NCBI GenBank assembly: GCA_002633005.1
Contig: NMRA01000852.1
Location: forward strand, 1-55,483
Direction: 5' to 3'
DNA length: 55,483 nucleotides
Source: Phoronis australis
Lineage: Eukaryota; Animalia; Phoronida
Position numbers and translations under genes: made by a program. The notes under the pieces are model-generated. The model saw only the letters and a program-made list of their open reading frames with translations, had not been told where the DNA came from and searched no databases. Shown one piece after another: positions 25,204-34,738 of the stretch (position 1 is the first letter of the stretch; each line of letters begins with the position of its first letter).

Positions 25204-27523
25204 TTATTATATCGAGATTCGTGATATGCAAAAGTATTTGAACGAGGGTGCTCTACTGAGGATTCTTTAAACAAGCGAGTTTACACAGATTGCTCCGCTT
25301 GTTTTGGTGTCGTTTGCCATCTTTTATCAATGATGATCGCAGATCGCGTGACACGTACATGTATAGGTGCACGCAACATTTTTTATGAATGAAATTTTTG
25401 AAACCTGCATGACGCGGCAGTCAAATTGTATTTTACAGCAGCTACAGGCTTGGGGTGCATATCTGCTATTTTCAGTATTTTCCTCACAGATTGATCGAAA
25501 TCTATTTCAACGTTAAAGTTAGCTTACGTTTCTGACGATTTTTCTTGACTTCGTTGAGTATTTCTGTGCAGGACACCCAGACGTTGTGGCTGATGCGCGT
25601 TCAGACCCTTTTTAAAATGCTCCTTGTGCGCTGTTCTTATCATTTTTAGGTTGAAAGTATTCCGGAATTGACAGAAATACTCTATTTACTGCAGTTGCAG
25701 TTTTGCTTTTGGGCTCGACGTATTTTTATTGTTTTGAGAGCGAATTTAAAAATTGAATCATATTTGACCGTAAAGAACTTCAACTAGTGTAGTGCAATAG
25801 TTGACCAAAATTAGACATGCATTGGTAATGCATATTGCATTCCTAATCCCAAATATATTGTAGCAAGTTCGAAACATTTTATGACTAAAGATTCTGCTCA
25901 GGTGCAAAATTTCGAGGTATATTAAGAAAAATTGTCAACAATATTTTTATTTCACTTTTTTGTTTAGTTTTGAAAACGTATATCATAGTATTGGCATGCG
26001 AAAATATTGCGCAAGGAGCTAAATCCAAATTGATGGTATACATATATAATCATGTGTTAGCAATTGCAGTGTATTATGTGCTCAGGTGGGAATTTTGGCC
26101 AGAAAAGAGGCATCCGTAGTCATCGCGCGTGGAATACGGAAAAGAAGTTCTTCCACATAAAACTTCACAATAACATAACGCGTATAGGATAATAACCAAT
26201 TCATCGCTGTACTTTTCTATGTACTTGCACTGCAGATCGCATTTTAGTCTCATCAACATAAAATAAAAAATATCGCGTACCTCGTAAAAAGCATATGGTG
26301 TATTGTTTTGAGAGAACAAATGGACACAAGGTGGCGCTGTGGGAGCCTTTTGGGATAGTCACTTGTGGATCTCTAGCTTTGCAATTGCTTGAGGGAATCT
26401 TCTGAAATTTGCTTTTTACACTGATCCCTTTCCTCGCCACATATCTGCAACATTTCATCTCTTCCTCGTTTTGACCTAACGTTCTGAAGTTTGAAATTTT
26501 CTGATACAGTAAGTTGCCTTTTCTGTCACTGACTGGTTCACCAATGCATTTTTGTTGGTTTGGAGTGGGCACCAGGGGAGTAGGAGTGGTGATCTTTGTT
26601 ATTCCTGTTATCGTAAACGACCTCACTTCTCAATTTTTCATTCGATTTTGCCAATTGTCTCTCATCAGAGCGCTTTCATTTTAAACCTTGCTAACCTAAC
26701 ACGTATCAGAATCAGGGCGGCACGATTATCTAAACTACCGCTGCTGTAATGCAACAAACAACATTATAGTACCGAAGACACGATTTTCAGTAATGATCAC
26801 GTGCGCCAGTTAAAAATAAATACCTCGGCCTCGGGCCAGAAAGTGTCCCGAATCGTGGAATGGCAATTAAGTCACAATGTTTGAGGCAATTAGACCGCAA
26901 AACATTCCAAAAATATAAAAAACAATTTGTATGGAAGAAGTTTCGGTGCTAGCAGTTGCAAACTAGTTACTTTGTTTCTATCATTCCACACAAGCTCATC
27001 TATTTTCCATAGCAAAAACAACATCCGGAACGAACCAGCGCAAACTAATCCTGCACATGCGCGGTACAACTTGAACAGTGCAAGATCAACGTGGACATCC
27101 CCAGTGTACAGTTCTAAGTTTAAACTGAGAGCGACCGTGATCGCACTCCGGGACCGTGGGGTAGATGTGGTTGCAGCCAGGCAACTGGCTAGTCCAAATA
27201 AGTCTTCTGCCTCGTTGCATGGTTAGCGAATTGGATGAACGGAAATTCATACCAAGCACTGTTCTGAAAATGGCTGTGTGCAACTTCTGTCATAAAATTA
27301 TACGCCGAAGTCGAGGTCTTAGTCACTTCGTGGTTGCATTAATCTTATGGGGCTGTCGTTTCGGCCGAGTGACTGTAACCTTCCATGTAAATTACCGCTA
27401 ACCCCGACTGGGGTCACCGAACGTGTTCAGTGGGACAATAGCTACTGAGCTTATGTTTTACAAAAATCATATTCTTAGGCCAGCTTTGAGCCGAGTGAGC
27501 AGTTCGGCGGCAAGGAAAGGATC

Positions 27524-27572
27524 ATGTCCCGTGTATTCCTATCGTTGTGGCTATGTTACTTTTCGCTCACAG
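27524..27572 (+). CDS. Duplicate copy of nAChR-like exon 1 (signal peptide)
   Basis: ATG TCC CGT...CTC ACA G|gtatgt = MSRVFLSLWLCYFSLT, identical to 35818-35866. No exons 2-7 are seen downstream before the join at 30904. Confidence 0.6.
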
Positions 27573-28574
27573 GTATGTCCTATTTGTAAGTGTAAAACCT
27601 AGAATGAGCAATTGAAAATTATTTGTATTTGCTAAGTTTGAAAACCTGTGCATTATTTTTTACAAACCATCCATAACACTATACGTATATCTAACTAGTA
27701 AATGCGAGCGCTATGTTGAACACACCTGCAACTTAAATTACATGTTTTCCCAACACAAAACCGTGAGCTATTCCTAACTTATGAGAAGATTCCGAGAAAC
27801 TAACACAATAAAAAACAATCGGTGTGTTCAATTGCACTGCATTGCATCAAAAAAATGTTTTGCCAATTTACAAAAACGTAGATTACCTTGTAACCCGTAC
27901 GTTTTTTTCATAATACCCGAAAACAATTCAGAAGATAAACCTAATGGTGAGAATTCGTTCGTTTTCTTTGGAAGTAGTTTGACTAGTTTATGCATTTTAC
28001 ACTGTAGTTAATCGCGCATGTATATACATCATATTGTAATTCATGTGCGCACACTTGGGGGTAGGCTCGGGGGCTCCAACGATCCCCCCATTTGGCAAAG
28101 TGGGCAAAATTGTCCACCTCAGAGAAACAAAAAGTCCGAAAAAAGTAGAAAACGAGACCAATATAAAGTAAAAAGGCAGGAATTCGGCGGGTGCATAATT
28201 CATAGCTCTGAACGTACACCATAAAAAGTCCACATTGGCAAAAATTCGAGCCACCAAACTTCTTAATCTGGGTGCGGGCGTGTAACTGTGTCAACAAATG
28301 GCGCCGCTGCGACAGGAAGCTACTGGTTTTTGCAATTAGTACGGCAACCGTTTGTGATTTGCCTTTAGTATGACTATTGACCAGAAAAGAACATATAAGA
28401 TTAACTTCGCTCAGGAAACGTACTCTTCACATTTAGGCTACTCTAACAATTCACGTACAACTTTCTAAGTATTGTTCTCCTAAGCGACTGTGAATCCACT
28501 CAGGAAACCGGTACTCATCTATTTTTGACAGCTGTAGAAATGACTTGCGTTGGCAACGGTTCCGAACAATACGG

Positions 28575-28725
28575 GCGTGCGTTCAGTAGACGCTAGGACC
28601 TACGCTAGGACCTAGCTAAAACCTAGTTAAAGTCACGTGCTCTCATTTAAAATGCACGGCAATATCTCACGTAATCCCGCGAAGTCTTGCTTTTTAGCTA
28701 GGTCCTAGCGTTACTGAACGGGAGG
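28575..28725 (-). mobile_element. ~150-bp MITE, family copy 2 (absent at the equivalent site ~36872)
   Basis: Filled site AATA-CGG[element]CTG-GTTG versus empty site AATA-CGG-GTTG. Confidence 0.9.
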
Positions 28726-29036
28726 CTGGTTGCCACCGTCATGACACATGTGCTGCGCGACAGATTGATAAATGTTAATTAATAGTGTTTGCTTGGAAAG
28801 TTTTTCTTAATTAAATCAATCGGATACCGCTTAGCGAAGTTTTCAGTTATCTCCATGCAATCTTACCAACTGTAAACAAAGAAAGCATTGCGCAACTTAG
28901 TTCTCAAATAACAACCTCTACAGTAATTTCAAAATTGTGCACTGGTTGTTTTGAAAGAGCATATATTTACGAGTATTCCCATCAAGTTCGGTTGGATTTC
29001 TTAAAACGTCTGGGGGTCCAGTTTGTTGAAATAAAT

Positions 29037-29185
29037 ATAGATTATTACATGGCGAAGTCCTTATCCCCCGTTATCTAGAGCCCGAATGGATTTTGGAGAA
29101 TTATTGCCCCGAGAGTGATAATTCACCAAAGTCCACGAGGGCTCTAGATAAGGGGGATAACGGCTGAGAACATGTAATAATCTAT
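29037..29185. mobile_element. Foldback/palindromic MITE-like hairpin
   Basis: Nested inverted arms ATAGATTATTACATG/CATGTAATAATCTAT, TTATCCCCC.TTATCTAGAGCCC/GGGCTCTAGATAAGGGGGATAA, TGGA.TTTGG.GAATTAT/ATAATTCACCAAAGTCCA. Confidence 0.8.
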
Positions 29186-29352
29186 TTATACCACATACTA
29201 AACGAGAAACATTGCAATGAATCGATTTACCTTTTCTGACTCTCCACGGCGTTGTTACTACTTTCTATGTCAGAGGCCCGGGGTCGGAGGTCGTGACCTT
29301 CTACGAAAAGTCGAGCTATTTTTGTCAAATAATGCTTTTACTCAAAACCAAT

Positions 29353-30903
29353 GGGGCTATTTGGAGAATTCTCCGCGCGGTGTGGCTGCTGTACTAGTGG
29401 TGATTGAATTGCGCATGCGTGGCTGTCTGCATGTAAACAACTGGTAAAAGATGGAATTTTTATCAAAATACGTCGTCGCGCTAAGCCTTATTACTGCTAA
29501 TTTCCCTGGTGCAAGTCTTCGACAGGTGGCCACAAATTCCCAAAAGACCAAAGGTTACTATATTCGTGGACAATTGCGGTCAACAGGGTCAACTATCTGA
29601 CAAAAAGTGTGTGGATGCTGAAGCCCCGTGTGTGCTCTATGTCTATGACTATGCAGTTCCATTCGGAGACTACACAACATTACTTGGTAAGTTTTTAGCA
29701 ATCAGTTTCTATCAACATCGTTCGGTGATGTTATCCTCACCAGTTATCCCACTGAATAACAGTTTTATTAAATGAAACTAAGTGTTTCTTTTTGGAAACT
29801 CACCCGATCCCGGGTAGGCTAGCAGCACATATTCATATTGTCCTGGGTGGGAGTGCTCCCAAAATAAGAGGTGTATGGTACGTGATGCACAGAAGTCAAG
29901 AGTGACTTTTTCACAGCAGTTTCTCTTCAAAACTCTGCAGTTTCCAATAAAATTCTCTAGATGAGTGAGTTTCTTTATTTTATCGTGGACCCCACCCCCA
30001 GGACCACCAGCTCAGTTATCGAATTAACATGAATAAGCCTTAATTCAGTAAATGTCGTAACATTGCATTGGAAAAAAATTGACACCTAGAATGAATTTTA
30101 CTTGTTGAGATCAAAAGCACATTTTAAGGTTCATGAAAAATACACATTGTTAAATCACTTTTAGCCTGTTTCACATATTTTAATTCAGATATTAAATAAG
30201 ACTTGGGTACAAAGCTTATTAGTTTCAAAAATTGACACCTAGAATGAATTTTACTTGTTGAAATCAGAAGCACATTTTAAGTGTCATGAAAAATACACAT
30301 TGTTAAATCACTTTTAGCCTGTTACACATATTTTATGCAGTTATTAAATAAGACTTGGGTACAAAGGTTATTAGTTTCTACATATAAACATGAAGATGAA
30401 ATGTCAAGTCTGTTCTGCCTTACAAAAGTAGTTTTGTCTTGCCTTTTCTTTTACAATTTGCTAATATTCCTATTCTGTTACAGGCAAGAAAAAACAACTG
30501 AAACCAACCGCCTGACCATCTATTTCACAGTTGGACAAAGTGAAAAGCAATCCTTCAGCAATAACCTGAAAGAATTCAATGTAATTCAGTAATTCAGCAC
30601 CTGATATGCCTGATTATGGACTCCCTCGCAATGTTTCTTTCTGTGCTTTTTCAGTTTGCCATTTGTTTTTAAATACACTGATAATTGTTTATTCTCGAAT
30701 CTTGTGCATAGCAGCTAGCTATAATTGAAAATATACAATAAGACAATCGATGCAGTCACTGAATGTCATTTCCCCATAATCTGTACCAAATTGAAAAGTT
30801 TTTACCAATAGTATAAAGCCTTTCTTATGAAAGGAAAATTTAATGTCACTCAGCTTTTGGCTTTCATTTCACTGGGTTCTAGTTTCAATGGCCTATAAAA
30901 GTG
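29353..30903 (+). mobile_element. Second copy (left ~1.5 kb) of the ISL2EU-like element, cut by the contig join at 30904
   Basis: Begins AT|GGGGCTATTTGGAGAAT and is collinear with 3874-~5407; has its own ~153-bp internal tandem duplication (~30075-30380). Confidence 0.9.
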
Positions 30904-30904
30904 N

Positions 30905-30948
30905 CTAGCCCTAGCCCTAGCCCTAGCCCTAGCCCTAACCCTAACCCT
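30905..30948 (+). repeat. Short (CCCTAG)n/(CCCTAA)n telomere-like hexamer tract
   Basis: CTAGCCCTAGCCCTAGCCCTAGCCCTAGCCCTAACCCTAACCCT directly after an N. Confidence 0.85.
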
Positions 30949-31310
30949 GCTTTGTGATTCTTCATGAAATTTTGACAGGTTTAAATTATTTCTTTGGTGA
31001 GAAGTCGTATGACGTCAATATCAGAAGGGTCCAACCATTGTTATAATCCGTTTTGGTACTTTTACCGGTGTCTCCGTCAAATTCCTGCCCATTCTAATTA
31101 TTGGAGCCCCTTGTGGCCTGTTTGCCTCAAAGAGATACATGTAAGCACCCCGAGCAGCCCACGATTTCCTTAACATCAAAGTTCTTGAACAATTCGCGTT
31201 GCCTTTATCCTAACTTCCCAATACCACGATGGTTTTGGTCCTGCACACTGACAGTAATACTATTTTTGCAGTTTTGGGACTGAATTAAACGAACGGTTTT
31301 GTTTTTCCAG

Positions 31311-31479
31311 GTTCTTCCGGTTGTTATGATTATTATTCTCGGAATGCTGGCCTTTTGGCTACCGCCTGATGACGGCGAGAAGATTGGTCTCTGCGTAACT
31401 CTCCTGGTGGCGCTGTCGTTCATTATGTTGCTACTGGGAGACAAGATGCCTCCAACTGCTATTTCTGTTCCATTGCTGG
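31311..31479 (+). CDS. nAChR-like paralogue, orphan TM1-TM2 exon
   Basis: ttccag|GTT...CTG G|gtgat, 169 nt like 47051-47219; VLPVVMIIILGMLAFWLPPDDGEKIGLCVTLLVALSFIMLLLGDKMPPTAISVPLLG. Confidence 0.92.
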
Positions 31480-32120
31480 GTGATTTTTGAAAGACATTTT
31501 GATGTTACTGTCAATGCAACGCACACACAATACACCAGACAAACTGATACACAGTTGGGATCCCCACCCAAATAAGTATTTCAATATACAGTGTATGGCG
31601 ATTCATCAAATTGTGAAAACCATCGGTACGACTCAAGCTCGAATGGCGTGTCGTAAAATATTGGAAACCAACAATATTTGAAAGAAAATGTCTGCGAAAC
31701 TTCTAAAAACGGCATGCCAGCTGTGTTTTTCGTCCCGTCCATAGAAGGGCGTTTAGGTAACCACGACGGTATTTTAACAATTGAAACTTTTACAAATTAT
31801 GGGTTTGGATTAATGCATTCATTGTATGCTTCCGCGCAGCCCAGAAGGGTTATGACTGACCGGGTGCATAGCCCAGTAATATATTTCAAAGAGCTAAATA
31901 ACTCAAACCGCTGCCTAATATCTAGTCTAATTATTATTTTTAAAAATTTTATCACGGCTTTAATTGTGTTTGTCTGGGTCAAAATGTCAAAATAACGCGA
32001 TGCTATAGGAGCAATGCGGCGGAAACACGCCACGGTTATAAAATGGTGGTCACGTCCATGTACAGATGCTCACCACAATAATATTTGATATACTATCATT
32101 TTAAATTTTCTTTATCTTAG

Positions 32121-32314
32121 GACAATTCTACGCTGCGGTGGTGATTATGCTCACTGCTACGACAGTACTGTCGACTATAGTGATCCATACGCACTTCCGA
32201 GGAAATCGCGGTAAACGTGTGCTCAACTGGATACGAATTGTTGTGCTCAAAGGACTGGCAAGGTTTCTTTGTTTTGACTTGACATGCAAGAGCGACCTCT
32301 ATAGAGACCGCGAG
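32121..32314 (+). CDS. nAChR-like paralogue, orphan TM3/MX exon
   Basis: tcttag|GA CAA...CGC GAG|gttagt; QFYAAVVIMLTATTVLSTIVIHTHFRGNRGKRVLNWIRIVVLKGLARFLCFDLTCKSDLYRDRE; phases match the preceding exon. Confidence 0.9.
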
Positions 32315-33870
32315 GTTAGTCATTGTCATTTTCCGTTGATTTCGTAATGACTCTGATCTGTCTTGCCCCTATCTACACACTTGCTTCACGTCTCTTCTGT
32401 TTTTTTTTCAATTCTCTTCCACCCAACAATATCTTAGCACTGTGTTTAGTTACTTAAACATCTTATCTCATCAGCCATGCTCAATTTTGACAAATTCCCT
32501 TTTCTATGAAAATCATTTCTCTTTTTCTCTCATGCATCCCTTTCTCCTTTTTCTTCCATTGTCTCCGTTAAGATTCTGAGCCGTTGTAATGAAATAGAAA
32601 CTCGTCAGAATGCAACTCAACTCCCTTGTTAAAACGGCTATGAATCCGACTACATCTCTTTTAAATTGGTCCTTGTTCAGATTAGCGACGATTTCCAGAG
32701 CTGAGAGCACGTGGTCGTTACTTATTGTTTGAGATCAAGCTCAAGCAATACTTCCGGCACTGCCGAACTATTAATTTTTATCAGCCCCAGAAATTATTCC
32801 TCATCTGAGTCAGGAAGAAGTTGAAACCGATTTCATAATCTAGTGGGGTTCAAGTCTTACAAAACCATGTTGATTGCCACATTTTACACTCTACATGTAC
32901 ATCACCCTCTAACCTTTGTATTGATCACACCCACACGTCCACACCTCTGTAACATTTTGTTTCTCCGTTTGTATGCACTTGCTTCACAGAATCAGTTTCT
33001 TTACGAACTGTTTCCCTTCCGTCTCTTAGTTACTGGTCGTTGTCATTTGGAGCAGCTCGATTTTTTGCGGTAGCCTCCAATTTCCTCTTGGAGGTGACCG
33101 ATGAGCTGCAAATTTCAGTGAAGTGATTTTTATATTGGGGAGATTTTAGGCTACAAAAATATCCAAAGTGTTTGGATGTCATCGCTACATGTATTTGTTC
33201 TTCTCCTCCTTTCCTTGCCAATCCGTCATTTTTTAACGTAACACTGTAGTAGTATAGTAAGAGGTTTTGGGCGCCCGTTTTGCGGGTCTCGGTCAAAGGT
33301 CATCTATGTGAAAGGAGGTCACGATTTGGAAGTGGCGCGTGTCACAATGAACTTTTTTCAAAACGACGATATACGTTTTTTTCGTTAAAAAGGCAGAGAA
33401 CTACGCAAGAAGATGACGTCGGATGTTTCTCACTTAAACGGCCGTAACGGGCAACTTGAATGCCAATTGACTTCCAGATTTTGCATGCACACCCGCCAGT
33501 CTTGAGCTCATGTTGATACAAGCTTTTCCACGAGGTGACAAAAGTAACTATCCGGGCTGTGTGAAGTATCGAGGTCTGTTTGGTCTCAATAAGCAGTGGC
33601 ACCTTGCTGTATTTTGAAAATAGTCTTGATGCAACTAGCTGGCTACATAGGAAGGCTCTAGTTTCGAAAAGATGTTTTACTGCGAAAGTGACAACAATTT
33701 CTGGATGATGATGGATGATGGATGACACTATAAACCGATCAGTCTTCCGTTTTCTTGCGCCCATGATTTAATATCGGCGCTATGTTCAAACCATTGTTTA
33801 TGTTGTTTCTGAAATAAAATTGGGTTCTATTGCTGTACCAACATATTAAGAAATTATACAAAAATAAGCA

Positions 33871-34161
33871 ATAATTATCTGTGGTAAATCGCAATATACA
33901 GCGTGATGAAGTGGTGATCAAGAGCAATAACGGATGAGCACAAATGCGTGATGCTTGTTGAGCATTCCGCTGCATGAAAACACTTGAGGTAGTAAAATAT
34001 CCAGTGTTGTATTCTGANATAATTATCTGTGGTAAATCGCAATATACAGCGTGATGAAGTGGTGATCAAGAGCAATAACGGATGAGCGCAAATGTGTGAT
34101 GCTTGTTGAGCATTCCGCTGCTTGAAAACACTTGAGGTAGTAAAATATCCAGTGTTGTATT
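33871..34161. repeat. ~145-bp direct duplication across the single N at 34018
   Basis: ATAATTATCTGTGGTAAATCGC...CCAGTGTTGTATT on both sides of the N. Confidence 0.85.
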
Positions 34162-34393
34162 CCGATTTTTATGCAATTTTAGTGTAAATTTCAAATTCCG
34201 TGCTTGTTTTTATGCAAAATGTACGGTATAAAAAGTCTCTTATCTAAATTTAGAAATTATACTTCCGCGATATCACTTAACGTTTGATTTTACCACGCCG
34301 TCGTTAATTCAACATAAGGTTTTAGGCTGGTGTAATGTCACGCACTTCGTATTTGTAGGTTGATTCGATTTTATTTCCTTTCAATAGTTGAAC

Positions 34394-34417
34394 CTAGGAA
34401 CCAGTACTGGTTCCTAG
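34394..34417. repeat. Perfect 24-bp palindrome flanked by a 7-bp direct repeat
   Basis: GTTGAAC-CTAGGAACCAGTACTGGTTCCTAG-GTTGAAC. Confidence 0.85.
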
Positions 34418-34549
34418 GTTGAACCAAAGTTTATAAACCGATGTCACGACCTGAGTTGCCAGCGGTGAACGAACAGCGAACAGTAAAATGTTTGTTTGGC
34501 CAAAGTTCACTCGTTAAGTCATAAAATGGTAATTGCCGACCAAGGACAC

Positions 34550-34727
34550 GCTTAATCCGAATTGGTCGTCTACGCTAGGCGACCACTTAGCCGACCCAAG
34601 TGCCGACCACAGAGGTGACTCAGTAGACGGCTCCTAGCTGACCGTTGTTGGTCGGCTGCTGGTCGGCTAGACGACCGGTCGACGGCCGGTCGTCGACCAA
34701 TTTCCGACCGGTCGGCCAAAAATTCGT
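34550..34727. repeat. GC-rich quasi-palindromic repeat (CCGACC/GGTCGG units), probable MITE fragment
   Basis: Repeated GCCGACC then GGTCGGC, with hairpin GACGACCGG..CCGGTCGTC; abuts the duplicated block. Confidence 0.5.
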
Positions 34728-34738
34728 GATGTGTGCTG

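Larger units (their letters stand above)
26442..29035 (+). repeat. ~2.6-kb block near-identical to 34739-37180, containing the nAChR upstream region, exon 1 and start of intron 1
   Basis: Collinear match from TATCTGCAAC.TTTCATCTC to GTTTGTTGAAATAAA with scattered SNPs/indels and one extra MITE. Confidence 0.95.

Noticed and set aside
24183-25274. Two long ORFs (363 aa and 303 aa) in the ORF track
   Set aside because: Artefacts of translating through the N gap.
26201-26626. 141-aa minus-strand ORF, partly repeated at 34570-34923
   Set aside because: Non-ATG start, no recognisable domain; recurrence is explained by the duplicated block, and the C-termini diverge at the block boundary.
30905-30948. 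Possible telomere or chromosome fusion point
   Set aside because: Only about seven mostly variant (CCCTAG) units at a contig edge; such tracts are common inside invertebrate interspersed repeats.
33342-33764. 140-aa minus-strand ORF
   Set aside because: No recognisable motif, no splice context, not the missing TM4 exon.
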